The notes under the pieces were generated by a model. The model was not told the origin of the DNA and searched no databases. It saw only the letters and a list, made by a program, of their open reading frames with translations. The translations under genes were made by a program, and so were the position numbers. Shown in pieces: positions 9,806 to 19,689 of a DNA stretch of 64,000 nt. The first letter of the stretch is position 1. Every line of letters begins with the position of its first letter. The DNA is from an uncultured Barnesiella sp. (GTDB lineage: Bacteria; Bacteroidota; Bacteroidia; Bacteroidales; Muribaculaceae), in assembly GCA_964569915.1 (NCBI GenBank), contig CAZMUX010000002.1:71695-135694 (forward strand). Direction: 5' to 3'.

Positions 9806-10792
9806 TTGCCTGAGTACAAGTATCATAACAGAACCTTACACGTGGAAAAATCCCGACTGCGGCTATATGCAGCTCCGCTGCAGGGCTATACCGAGACCGA
9901 ATGGCGCCACTGCCACGCTGAAATAGCGGGCGGTGTCGATGCCTATTATATGCCGTTCATAAGGGTCGAAAAGGGGGTCGTCAGAAGAAAGGACATAGCG
10001 GAAATTAACTCCGAGCTAAACCACAGCGTCACAGTGATTCCGCAGGTGATAGTGCGCGACTCCGATGAGCTGCGCATAACAGCCGAGGCAATTATTGCCG
10101 CAGGCTACCGCGAAATTGACATAAACATGGGTTGCCCTTTCCCTCCTCAAGTGAAGCACGGGCGCGGGGCAGCTCTGACAGCATCGCCATCAGCCCTGAA
10201 GAGCCTTTCCGACGCAATGCGAGAGAACTATCCCGGCATAAAGTTCTCAGCCAAAATGCGTCTTGGGGTGACCGCCCCTTCAGAATGGCGCGACATAATC
10301 GGCATAATCAATGATATGCCACTGACCCATCTGACCGTTCATCCGCGCACGGCCTCCCAGCAATATGGCGGCGAGCTGCACCTCAACGAGTTCGGCGCGC
10401 TGCTTGAAGCATCGACACATCCGGTGGTATTTAACGGCAACATCACCTCGCCCACCGACATTGACCATATTGCGGAACGCTATCCAGCGGTAAGCGGCAT
10501 CATGGTCGGCCGCGGGCTGCTGATGCGACCTACGCTGTTATCCGAATGGCGTTCGGGCAAAGAACGCACAGACGCCGAACGCTTGGCAATCGTGACCGCA
10601 CTCCATGACGCTATCTTAAAAATCTATAGGAAACGCCTCTGCGGCGATGCGCAGATACTGTCAAAAATCAAACCTTTCTGGGACTATCAGGCCTACGCCA
10701 TAGGTCACAAGGCGACAAAGGCAATCCGCAAAGCCACTTCGATGCAGAAGTATGAGGCCGCGCTGGCGTCAATACAACAGGACATTATATAA
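9806..10792 (+). CDS. tRNA-dihydrouridine synthase family protein
   Basis: APLQGYT, IDINMGCP, HLTVHPRT, NGNI, MVGRG motifs; true start may be the GTG at 9842. Confidence 0.9.
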   Translation: MPEYKYHNRTLHVEKSRLRLYAAPLQGYTETEWRHCHAEIAGGVDAYYMPFIRVEKGVVRRKDIAEINSELNHSVTVIPQVIVRDSDELRITAEAIIAAGYREIDINMGCPFPPQVKHGRGAALTASPSALKSLSDAMRENYPGIKFSAKMRLGVTAPSEWRDIIGIINDMPLTHLTVHPRTASQQYGGELHLNEFGALLEASTHPVVFNGNITSPTDIDHIAERYPAVSGIMVGRGLLMRPTLLSEWRSGKERTDAERLAIVTALHDAILKIYRKRLCGDAQILSKIKPFWDYQAYAIGHKATKAIRKATSMQKYEAALASIQQDII

Positions 10793-10869
10793 ATATTGCC
10801 GACCTGAAAGACTTCACCGGCAACGTCTATGCCCACACCGGCATCCTGACTTCGGAAAACAAGAAATGA
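10792..10869 (+). pseudogene. Relic of a Bacteroidetes alpha-amylase N-terminal (CBM98-like) domain
   Basis: Translates NIADLKDFTGNVYAHTGILTSENKK*, resembling the L..YTGDVYAHTGVIT motif; no start codon. Confidence 0.5.
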
Positions 10870-10907
10870 GGCCGTGCCGTAACAATTAAAGTTAACGGCA
10901 CAGCCTC
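10868..10907. repeat. REP-like hairpin / bidirectional terminator
   Basis: GAGGCCGTGCCGTAAC...GTTAACGGCACAGCCTC between convergent genes. Confidence 0.7.
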
Positions 10908-10978
10908 CTGTAATTATTTTTCAGTACCGGTATATTTAGCAGGCGTATACCCTATCTCTATTCTGCCAGTTCTATCGC

Positions 10979-12721
10979 TTATTTTGCTACTACTTCTTCT
11001 GCTATCGCTTCTTCTGCTACTACTTCTTCTACCACTGCATCGGAGCCGCTGCCGCTTACGCTTCTACGCAGCTCGGAAACCGTATCGGTGTTATACTCCA
11101 TGCCTTCAACAAGCAGGGTGCCGGAGTTTTTCTCCGAAGTAATCTTGACAGCGAAATTACCCTTATGCAGATAGGCCTTCCAGCTGCCGTAAGCATCACC
11201 GCACACATCCTCAGTGTAACCCTTGTTCTTGAAAGACTGAGCGAGCGCTTTGACAGCGTCCTTGCCTAGAGTGGTTTCTGCCGACACATTCACGTCGACG
11301 GAGTAGATGTGGGAATTGGTGTTCCAATAGTAGTTGCGTGTATAGTTGTAATAGAAGTAACCGTTGTTGTCGTAGCTGAGGTTATAGTCGGCCATGGACG
11401 ATGAGAAATAAATCTTTTCCTTGTATTCCCAACGGTAGCCGCTGCCTTCGCCGCCGTCAATAATTGTTTTATAGGAATAGTCCTCAGCCGAGCCGAGACC
11501 GATGAGTTGGCCGGGAGTTTTGCCGAGAGTGTACTGGCCGATGCCATCGCCGTCATAAAGTCCGGCTATGGTTGAAGCCATGGCATTGAGGTCAAAGTAG
11601 TCCGACTTAATCTCATAGGTAGCGCACAGGTCAGTGTCGCAATCATAGAATTCTGAATCCTTGACAGGTGTTCCGTCACGCTTCAGCAACTCATATTCGC
11701 CATATTCGCCCGCAACAAAATTAAAGCGACTGTTAACGTAGCCGACGCCCTCATATTCCGAAAGGTCAACCAACTCTTCGTTTTCGAGGTTACGCACAGA
11801 GTATTTGTCGTTACCTGATTTGCAAAGGAGATCGCCGTCAGGCAGAATTTGGATAAAGTCGTAACGCGCACGAATCATAATCTCGTTGTTCTTGCGGTTG
11901 GCCACGCCATAATGGTCTCCGTCGTAGAATACAAAAATCTCGCTATTGTAATCACCTACGCTCTTAACCTTCGCCGGACACTTTTCTGCTTCGCCATTGG
12001 CGTTGACAAACATCATGCGGTCATCATCCTCCACTACAATGTCACCGTTCTTGAAATATAAGCGGCGCGGACTCCATCCTTTCTTGAATTTGAATTTGAC
12101 GTCGCCTTTTTTGTCGATGACAGAATACGAGTAGGTGCCCTCGACTGATTTGCCCACAATTGCCATGCCTTCGGAAAAATCATGGGCAATATCAAAGTTC
12201 GGTTCGATTACAACCTCGCCTTTTGCATTGATAAAGCCATACTTGTCCTCTTCATTCTTGATTCTAAGCAATCCGTCGGAGAAACCTGGCTCGCAGGCCA
12301 CAATTTCCTTACCCTTGATTGGAGCAAGCTCGAATTTCTTCAGGCCGTTTTTGTCGACAAACTGAATGCGCTCCTTTGGATGAACCACGGGAATCAGATT
12401 CTCGGAATAACAGCCGGCTGACGTGAGTTCCTCGCATCCCGGCACGAGAACGGGCTTATTATCATCAACGGCATAAACCGAGAATCCCTCGCCTTCATAA
12501 ACCGAGAAAATTCCGTCGATTACCAACGACGGGGCACGTTCAAACTCGTCCTCAAAAATCACTTTGCCGTCGGGGTTCATAAAACTCCAGTTGTCACCTC
12601 TGTTGAGCTTCACGGGAATGTACTCCACCTTTTCTGTAATGCTGTCGCTGTTCGACGAATCGCATGAGCACAAGGCTACTGCCACAGCCATTACCGGCAA
12701 GAGTTTTAAGAAATATTTCAT
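10979..12721 (-). CDS. WG-repeat-containing lipoprotein
   Basis: Lipobox ALCSC; repeats such as KYGFINAKGEVVIEPNFDIAHDFSEGMA; acidic C-terminal tail. Confidence 0.85.
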   Translation of the reverse strand: MKYFLKLLPVMAVAVALCSCDSSNSDSITEKVEYIPVKLNRGDNWSFMNPDGKVIFEDEFERAPSLVIDGIFSVYEGEGFSVYAVDDNKPVLVPGCEELTSAGCYSENLIPVVHPKERIQFVDKNGLKKFELAPIKGKEIVACEPGFSDGLLRIKNEEDKYGFINAKGEVVIEPNFDIAHDFSEGMAIVGKSVEGTYSYSVIDKKGDVKFKFKKGWSPRRLYFKNGDIVVEDDDRMMFVNANGEAEKCPAKVKSVGDYNSEIFVFYDGDHYGVANRKNNEIMIRARYDFIQILPDGDLLCKSGNDKYSVRNLENEELVDLSEYEGVGYVNSRFNFVAGEYGEYELLKRDGTPVKDSEFYDCDTDLCATYEIKSDYFDLNAMASTIAGLYDGDGIGQYTLGKTPGQLIGLGSAEDYSYKTIIDGGEGSGYRWEYKEKIYFSSSMADYNLSYDNNGYFYYNYTRNYYWNTNSHIYSVDVNVSAETTLGKDAVKALAQSFKNKGYTEDVCGDAYGSWKAYLHKGNFAVKITSEKNSGTLLVEGMEYNTDTVSELRRSVSGSGSDAVVEEVVAEEAIAEEVVAK

Positions 12722-12943
12722 ATAAAAAATAATTTTGATGAATTAGTTTATTATCGTAGCCATCTATATACAATCAACAAAAATATTAATTCTTAATCAG
12801 ATACGCAAAATTTCAGCGCTGTTAGTCAGCTGAAATTGCAGTTTTCCTTAAGTTATCATGAAATTTGCTGATGGGTGGATGCGGTGTTGCAGAGTTGGGA
12901 ATTAATTTATATCTTTGTTAGTATCAATCACACTCATAGCGCA

Positions 12944-15646
12944 ATGACTGACGACGATCTTAAATCATACCCCGACGAAATACCCGACGAAAACGACAGC
13001 AACGAAGCCTCCATGCCAATGCCCAACGAGGAGAATTCGGCCGATGTCGTTAAGCACCAGCTCCGCGGAATGTACCGCAACTGGTTTCTGGAATATGCTT
13101 CCTATGTGATTTTGGAACGCGCTGTTCCCCACATTGAGGACGGTTTGAAGCCGGTGCAACGACGCATCCTGCACTCGATGAAGACGCTCGACGACGGACG
13201 TTTCAACAAAGTGGCCAACATTGTGGGCAACACCATGCAGTATCATCCGCACGGCGACGCTTCAATCAATGACGCACTCGTGCAGTTAGGCCAAAAAGAG
13301 CTGCTTGTGGAAACACAGGGCAACTGGGGCAACATACTGACCGGAGCCTCTGCTGCCGCGGGTCGATATATAGAAGCACGCCTCTCACCTTTCGCCCTGG
13401 AAACACTCTTCAACCCCAAAATTACGGAATGGACGCTTTCGTATGACGGCAGAAAGAAGGAACCGGTGGTGCTTCCTTCAAAGTTCCCGCTACTGCTGTT
13501 TCAGGGCGTAGAGGGCATAGCCGTGGGTCTGTCGTCAAAGATTCTCCCCCACAACTTCAACGAGATACTTGACGCTGCGGTGGCCCATCTGAGGGGCGAG
13601 GAGTTCACGCTCTATCCCGACTTCGCAACGGGAGGGTTTATCGACGTGTCGCGCTACAACGACGGCGAACGCGGAGGCTCGGTAAAAATAAGAGCCAAGA
13701 TAGAGAAGCAGGACAACAAGACGTTGGCCATCACCGAAATACCATACGGCAAAACCACAGGCGCTGTCATTGACTCCATCCTGAAAGCCTTTGAAAAAGG
13801 GAAAATCAAGATTCGCAAGGTTGACGACAACACGGCGGAGCACGCCATGATTCTTGTGCATCTGCTGCCCGGCACGTCATCTGACAAAGTGATTGACGCA
13901 CTCTACGCCTTTACCGACTGTGAGGTCAGCATTTCGCCGAACTGCTGTGTAATATCCGATCAAAAGCCCTGCTTCTTAGGCGTCAGCGACATTCTGCGTC
14001 ACAACGTGGAGCGCACCCGCACACTGCTCGATAAGGAGCTTGAGATTCAGCTCGCCGAAGTCAACGAGCAGTTGCACTTCGCCTCGCTTGAACGCATCTT
14101 CATAGAGCAGCGCATCTATAAGGACAAACGCTTCGAAGAGGGCGATACATTGGAAGTGGTAATCGGCCATGTGCGAAGCCGCCTACTGCCGTTCGTCAAC
14201 GAAGTATTCCGTGAAATCACCGACGACGACATAATGCGTCTGCTTGAAATAAAGATGAAACGCATCACAAAATTCGATTCGGAGAAGGCCGACGAGCTGA
14301 TAGCATCGCTCAAAGCCAAAGCCGACGAAATAAGAGAGCACCGCGCCCACATAACCCAATACACCATCGACTGGTTCCTCGGACTAAAGGCAAAATACGG
14401 AGCTCAGTTCCCGCGCCGCACCGTGATACGCGGATTCGACTCCATAGAGGCCACCCGTGTTGCCGAAGCCAACGAGAAGCTCTACATAAACTATGACGAG
14501 GGCTTCATAGGAACAGCGTTGAAAAAGGACGACAAAAATGTGTTTGTGGGCAACTGCTCGATGCTCGATGACGTAATAATATTTTACCGCGACGGGCGCT
14601 ACAAGGTTGTAAAGGTCGCCGAAAAGCTGTTTATCGACAAGAATGTATTGTATATCAATATCTTCAAGAGCAAAGACGAACGCACAATCTATAACGCCAT
14701 CTACAAGGACGGCGCCACCGGCACCTACTATATGAAACGCTTTGCCGTAACGGGCGTGACGCGCGACCGCGAATACAACCTTACAATGGGTACCCCAAAA
14801 TCAAGGGTATGCTATTTTTCGGCCAATCCAAACGGCGAGGCCGAGATTGTGCACGTAACGCTCAAGCCGAAACCGAGGCTAACGAAGTTGCAGTTTGATG
14901 TTGACTTTTCGGAAATCAAGCCTAAAGGGCGCGGCTCGATGGGCAACATCGTGACACGCAACGATGTGCACCGCTTCGCGCAGAAGTCGAAAGGCACTTC
15001 AACGCTGGGTGGCCTGAAGGTGTGGTTCGACCCCGATGTGCTGCGTCTTAATTACGAAGGCAGGGGCAAATATTTAGGCGAGTTTTCGGGTAATGAGACC
15101 ATTCTGGTGATACTTCGCAACGGAGAGTACTTCATGACGAATTTCGATTCGGGCAACCATTATCCCGACAACATCATGCGCATCGAGAAATTCAGACCGT
15201 CTCACGTCTGGACAGCCGTACTCAATGATGCCGACCAGGGCTACCCCTACATCAAGCGATTCACATTCGAGCCTACCTCAAAGTCTCAGCGCTTCATCGG
15301 CGAAAATCCCAAGTCGGAGCTTCTGCTGCTCTCCGAGAAGCCGGGGGCAAGATTCGAAGTGACCTTCGGAGGCGCCGACGCTCTCCGCGAGCCCCTGATT
15401 GTGGATGCCGAGGAATTCATAGGCGTGAAGTCGCACAAGGCCAAAGGAAAACGCCTGAGTAATCTCACCATCGAAAGCATCATTGAGATTGAGCCGCGCG
15501 AAACCGAGCCGAAAGCTGAAGCCGAGCCCGAGGAGAATGAATATGCCATCCCGGAAGCACCTGAAGAGACTGAGGATGCCGCTACCGAAGAACAGTCGGA
15601 CGATGAAATCAGCGATGAGATAAACGGCCAGCAGCGTCTGTTCTGA
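12944..15646 (+). CDS. parC: DNA topoisomerase IV subunit A
   Basis: DGLKPVQRRILHSM, YHPHGDASI, AAAGRYIEARL (catalytic Tyr); ATG 12944 follows TATCTTTG promoter element at 12910-12917. Confidence 0.93.
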   Translation: MTDDDLKSYPDEIPDENDSNEASMPMPNEENSADVVKHQLRGMYRNWFLEYASYVILERAVPHIEDGLKPVQRRILHSMKTLDDGRFNKVANIVGNTMQYHPHGDASINDALVQLGQKELLVETQGNWGNILTGASAAAGRYIEARLSPFALETLFNPKITEWTLSYDGRKKEPVVLPSKFPLLLFQGVEGIAVGLSSKILPHNFNEILDAAVAHLRGEEFTLYPDFATGGFIDVSRYNDGERGGSVKIRAKIEKQDNKTLAITEIPYGKTTGAVIDSILKAFEKGKIKIRKVDDNTAEHAMILVHLLPGTSSDKVIDALYAFTDCEVSISPNCCVISDQKPCFLGVSDILRHNVERTRTLLDKELEIQLAEVNEQLHFASLERIFIEQRIYKDKRFEEGDTLEVVIGHVRSRLLPFVNEVFREITDDDIMRLLEIKMKRITKFDSEKADELIASLKAKADEIREHRAHITQYTIDWFLGLKAKYGAQFPRRTVIRGFDSIEATRVAEANEKLYINYDEGFIGTALKKDDKNVFVGNCSMLDDVIIFYRDGRYKVVKVAEKLFIDKNVLYINIFKSKDERTIYNAIYKDGATGTYYMKRFAVTGVTRDREYNLTMGTPKSRVCYFSANPNGEAEIVHVTLKPKPRLTKLQFDVDFSEIKPKGRGSMGNIVTRNDVHRFAQKSKGTSTLGGLKVWFDPDVLRLNYEGRGKYLGEFSGNETILVILRNGEYFMTNFDSGNHYPDNIMRIEKFRPSHVWTAVLNDADQGYPYIKRFTFEPTSKSQRFIGENPKSELLLLSEKPGARFEVTFGGADALREPLIVDAEEFIGVKSHKAKGKRLSNLTIESIIEIEPRETEPKAEAEPEENEYAIPEAPEETEDAATEEQSDDEISDEINGQQRLF

Positions 15647-15647
15647 T

Positions 15648-16502
15648 ATGAATGTCTTAATAAGGTCAGCTGCCACCGCCATATTAGGGCTGTCGGCCGT
15701 CATAGGCTGCCGCGCCGAAGCACAGGATTCCGCGACCATAGTACGCCCAGTGCTGTCGTCCTACACCTACGGCGTTGGGGCACTGTCGGTGGCCGACACC
15801 TATCTGACGCCACTCACCTACCATGGCTGGAGTATGTCGCTCGGCTATGAACGTCTGCAGGCCATGCGTTTCAATCCGGAGAAATGGACAATGCAGCTCA
15901 GCTTCGTCTTTGACGGCGGGCGCGGCCAAAATTCAGCACGCAACTCCGAGATGTGGCTCGCCAACCTGAATGCGCGTTGGGGCATGATGCACAAGTGGCA
16001 ACTGCCCTACGGCATCACCGTTATGGGCGGAGGGTCAACCGATATTGACGGCGGCGTGATTTACAACAGCCGCAACGGCAACAATCCGGCCTCGGCAAAA
16101 GCCGCATGGTCGGTAAATCTCACCGGCATGGCGGTGTGGAAGACCTCGGTTATGAATGTGCCGGTTACTCTCAGCTACCAGCCTTCGCTGTCGCTTTTCA
16201 GCATTTTTTTTTCGCCCGAATACGACGAGCTTTATTATGAAATATATCTCGGCAATCACAGCGGGCTCGTGCACTTCGGATGGCCAGGCAACCGCTTCAG
16301 GATGACCAACGCGGTGATGGCCGACCTTCATTTAGGCTCGACATGGCTCCGTTTGGGCTACCGCGGGTCAATTCTGTCATCTCAGGCAAGCCATCTGACC
16401 ACCAATGTGTTCACGCATCAGTTTGTAATCGGCATATCGTGTGAATGGCTCTCGGCCGACAACTGCCGTAAACCCGACGTCAAAACAATCTCAGCCTACT
16501 GA
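15648..16502 (+). CDS. DUF3316-like outer-membrane protein
   Basis: DTYLTPLTYHG, RNGNNPASAKA, FFSPEYDELYYEIYLG motifs; signal peptide; between parC and an S41 peptidase. Confidence 0.75.
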   Translation: MNVLIRSAATAILGLSAVIGCRAEAQDSATIVRPVLSSYTYGVGALSVADTYLTPLTYHGWSMSLGYERLQAMRFNPEKWTMQLSFVFDGGRGQNSARNSEMWLANLNARWGMMHKWQLPYGITVMGGGSTDIDGGVIYNSRNGNNPASAKAAWSVNLTGMAVWKTSVMNVPVTLSYQPSLSLFSIFFSPEYDELYYEIYLGNHSGLVHFGWPGNRFRMTNAVMADLHLGSTWLRLGYRGSILSSQASHLTTNVFTHQFVIGISCEWLSADNCRKPDVKTISAY

Positions 16503-16504
16503 AA

Positions 16505-17521
16505 ATGAAACTTAAAACAATCTTCCTGACGTCCGTCTTAGCCATTCTGACGTTCACCTCATGCCACGATACGGAGGAATTCGACAACAACACCCGCGGC
16601 AATTTCGAGGCGTTATGGACCATAATTGACCAACACTACTGTTTCTTCAAGGAGAAAGGCATCGACTGGGACGATGTGCACAGGCGCTACTCCGAGCGTG
16701 TTTCCGAGCGTATGACCAGCTCCGAACTGTTCGCGCTTATGTCGGAAATGCTCGACGAGCTGAAAGATGGCCACACAAATCTGTCATCGGTTTACGGCAC
16801 GTCCTATTATCGCCGGTGGTGGTCTGACTATCCGCAGAACTACTCCGAAAGGCTGATTGAGGAGAGCTATTTCAATTTCAACTACCAACAGGCCGGCGGA
16901 CTGACGTTCGGCATTCTGCCGTCAAACATAGGCTACATACGCTACGCATCATTCTCTATAGCCCCCGGTGAGGGAAATCTTAACTACATTTTCGATTGTC
17001 TGGCCGAGTGCGACGGACTGATAATAGATGTGCGCGACAACGGCGGTGGAGAGCTGACCAATGTCGAGAAGCTGGGGCGCCGATTCATCACACAGCGTAC
17101 TCTCGCCGGCTACATATATCACAAATCAGGCCCCGGACACAATGATTTTTCCGACCCATACGCTTATTACTACGAACCGGCCGAAAAAGGCCACACAATC
17201 TGGGGGAAACCGGTGGCCGTTCTGACCAACCGCTCGACTTTCAGCGCAGCCAACAATTTTGTTGCGTTCATGAAGAATCTGCCGCAGGCTGTCATCGTGG
17301 GAGCCACGACAGGCGGAGGGTCAGCCATGCCATTCAACTCGGAACTGCCTAACGGCTGGAACATACGTTTCTCGGCCTCGCCGGTACTTGACGCTGAAGG
17401 GAAGCACACGGAATTCGGCATCGAACCCACCGAGGGATGCGCCGTAGACATGGATTCTCAGGCAGCTCTCGACGGACACGACACTATACTTGACTTCGCC
17501 ATCGAACGATTGCTGAAGTAG
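16505..17521 (+). CDS. S41 family peptidase lipoprotein (tricorn C1 + S41 domain)
   Basis: Lipobox FTSC; LIIDVRDNGGG, TFSAAN, GATTGGG. Confidence 0.9.
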   Translation: MKLKTIFLTSVLAILTFTSCHDTEEFDNNTRGNFEALWTIIDQHYCFFKEKGIDWDDVHRRYSERVSERMTSSELFALMSEMLDELKDGHTNLSSVYGTSYYRRWWSDYPQNYSERLIEESYFNFNYQQAGGLTFGILPSNIGYIRYASFSIAPGEGNLNYIFDCLAECDGLIIDVRDNGGGELTNVEKLGRRFITQRTLAGYIYHKSGPGHNDFSDPYAYYYEPAEKGHTIWGKPVAVLTNRSTFSAANNFVAFMKNLPQAVIVGATTGGGSAMPFNSELPNGWNIRFSASPVLDAEGKHTEFGIEPTEGCAVDMDSQAALDGHDTILDFAIERLLK

Positions 17522-17532
17522 CCATTGAGCAT

Positions 17533-17565
17533 AAAAGCGGCAGGCCGTGAAGCCTGCCGCTTTCT
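17533..17565. terminator. Bidirectional intrinsic terminator
   Basis: AAAGCGGCAGGC-CGTGAA-GCCTGCCGCTTT between convergent genes. Confidence 0.8.
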
Positions 17566-17594
17566 ATTTATTTGTGTTTTCAAGTATTTAGTAC

Positions 17595-17972
17595 TCAATG
17601 TGTTGATGAAGCGCCCGAACGACCATGCATTCCGCGAAATCCTCCCTGTTCGGGAGTTCCCGGCGAGATGTTGGGGGTTTCGGGTCTTCTGCCCGGATTG
17701 CCGTCAGGATTCTTACCGGGGTTATTAGACGGTTTCGGATTATCAGGCCGCGGTGACGGTGAAGGAGGTGGAGGCGGAGTGTTAGGTCCTCCGGGGGGCG
17801 GAGTCCAAATGCCATAACCGGGAGAATAACCACCATCATAGTAGCCGGGAGTATAGTAATCTTCAAGATACATATCAGGCGTGAGCGATGTTGTAGCCCA
17901 CCATGTTCCACATCCGCTAAGACTCACGCAGAGTGCGATGCCGGACAGTAATATGACGAATTTCGATTTCAT
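17595..17972 (-). CDS. Small proline-rich hypothetical lipoprotein
   Basis: Lipobox LSGC after MKSK plus hydrophobic stretch; Tyr/Gly then Pro/Asn-rich low-complexity body. Confidence 0.7.
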   Translation of the reverse strand: MKSKFVILLSGIALCVSLSGCGTWWATTSLTPDMYLEDYYTPGYYDGGYSPGYGIWTPPPGGPNTPPPPPSPSPRPDNPKPSNNPGKNPDGNPGRRPETPNISPGTPEQGGFRGMHGRSGASSTH

Positions 17973-18028
17973 TATCGGTGTTTTATATATAAGACAATAT
18001 TTACAGCAGAAGGTTTAGACACCATATC

Positions 18029-18230
18029 AAAAAAAATCCGTGTGCACCTCAACGGTGAACTCCGGATTAAAGCCAAAAGGCAAGATTTGAAAATCTTAAA
18101 TGTTGGCTATGCAACCTAAATTAAAGATTATATTATACTTACATTTCCATTTACCAACTCTGCCTGTTTTCGTTTCACAACGCAATCAGACAGTTCCGAT
18201 TATAGTTTGTGTATACAAATCGGGATTAGT
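18029..18230 (-). ncRNA. Standalone structured sRNA, probably the Bacteroidales-1 RNA motif
   Basis: Minus-strand TAATTTTG promoter element (18242-18235); 5' stem CCGAT...ATCGG enclosing TTTGT-ATAC-ACAAA; terminator ATCCG..CACC..GGTG..CGGAT-U8; no ORF. Family name is from recall of the sequence. Confidence 0.7.
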
Positions 18231-18317
18231 GTGACAAAATTACAATCCATTTAAATTACTTCCAAATATATTCGATTGTTTTTTGCACCTTTTTGCATTT
18301 TTTCTTACAATTATGCA

Positions 18318-18348
18318 GCAACAGGCGCTTGAGACCGGCGCCTGTTGC
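18318..18348 (-). terminator. Hairpin downstream of the alcohol dehydrogenase gene
   Basis: GCAACAGGCGC / GCGCCTGTTGC 11-bp stem. Confidence 0.6.
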
Positions 18349-18353
18349 ATTAA

Positions 18354-19523
18354 TCAGAGCATCAATTTGTAAATCTTGAAGGTGTCTGACTGTGTGAGAC
18401 GATAGTAGCCGCCTATCTCGTCGCCTTTGTTTTCATGCAGCTTTCTGACAAGCAAAGGAATGTCAGGTTCTGCAATTCCAAGGCCTTCGAAAGTCACAGG
18501 CAGACCCATGCTGCTGTAGAATCTGCGTAGTGCGGCTATACCTTCACGCGCGGCGGCTTTGTCGTCGCGCTCGTTTACGCCAAATACCATGCGCGCGAAG
18601 CGGGCAGGCTTTGAAGGCGAGTGAACGGCCATAAATGTGAGCCACGCCGGGAACACCACGGCAAGTCCGGCACCGTGAGTGACGCCGTAAACCGCGCTGA
18701 TTTCATGCTCCATGAAATGACTTACCCAGTCTTCTACACGGCCACAGCCACACACGCCGTTGTGAGCCAGAGTGCCGGCCCACATGATGTTTGCGTGCGA
18801 CTGATAATCGCAGGCATCGGTCAGAGCCTTGGGGGCTTCCTCTATTATGGCTTTAAGCAGCCCTTCAGAGATATGGTCGGTGGTCGTCACGTCGGTGGTC
18901 GGCGAAAAATAGCGTTCCATGATGTGCGCCATCATGTCGGCTATGCCCGATGCGAGCTGAAACGGGGGCAGCGTGAATGTTAGCTCCGGATTGAGTATGG
19001 CGAACTTGGGGCGCAGAGCCATATCTGTGCGAAGTGAAATCTTGTGCATACCGTCGATGCGGGTTATAACGGAATTGCCGGAGCCCTCAGAACCGGCGGC
19101 GGGAATGGTGAGCACCACTCCTATCGGAAGAGCCTCGGTCATCACGGCTTTTCCGGCATAGAAATCCCAGAAATCACCATCATAGACCACTCCGCCGGCA
19201 ATGGCCTTGGCTGTGTCGATAGCCGAGCCTCCGCCTACTGCAAGCATTCCGTCCACCTGTTCGCGGCGAGCCAGCGAGATGCCTTCATAGACGCGGTCGT
19301 CAGTGGGATTCGGCTTTATGCCTGTAAGCTCAACCCACTCAATACCTTCGGCGCGAAGTGAATCGAAAACACGGTCGAGAAGCCCTGAACGGCGGGCTGA
19401 ACTTGAACCGCTTACCACCATAATTTTACGGCAACCCATGGCCTTTACCTGAGCGCCGGTCTGCGACTCGGTGGCGGAGCCGAAGATATAGCGCGTGGGG
19501 CTGCAATAGCTGAAATTAATCAT
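18354..19523 (-). CDS. Iron-containing (butanol-type) alcohol dehydrogenase
   Basis: AVGGGSAIDTAK, TIPAAGSE, DMMAHIMERY, HFMEHEISAVYGVTHGAGL. Confidence 0.92.
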   Translation of the reverse strand: MINFSYCSPTRYIFGSATESQTGAQVKAMGCRKIMVVSGSSSARRSGLLDRVFDSLRAEGIEWVELTGIKPNPTDDRVYEGISLARREQVDGMLAVGGGSAIDTAKAIAGGVVYDGDFWDFYAGKAVMTEALPIGVVLTIPAAGSEGSGNSVITRIDGMHKISLRTDMALRPKFAILNPELTFTLPPFQLASGIADMMAHIMERYFSPTTDVTTTDHISEGLLKAIIEEAPKALTDACDYQSHANIMWAGTLAHNGVCGCGRVEDWVSHFMEHEISAVYGVTHGAGLAVVFPAWLTFMAVHSPSKPARFARMVFGVNERDDKAAAREGIAALRRFYSSMGLPVTFEGLGIAEPDIPLLVRKLHENKGDEIGGYYRLTQSDTFKIYKLML

Positions 19524-19559
19524 ATCCGAACTACTTTATCTGTTGTTTTAAAAAATTCA

Positions 19560-19596
19560 GGAGGCCGCGTCAATATATCATTTTGACACGGCCTCC
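19560..19596. repeat. REP-like hairpin
   Basis: GGAGGCCGCGTCAA...TTGACACGGCCTCC. Confidence 0.7.
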
Positions 19597-19689
19597 CGGT
19601 TGTGATATGTAATGAACTCTGTGGCTGCAATCAGGTCTGCCCCGGGCATTTGCCGACAGTGCCGAACAGAGAAACGCTACACTTGCCTG

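Noticed and set aside
12944-15646. parC without adjacent parE
   Set aside because: Separation of the topoisomerase IV subunit genes is ordinary in Bacteroidales
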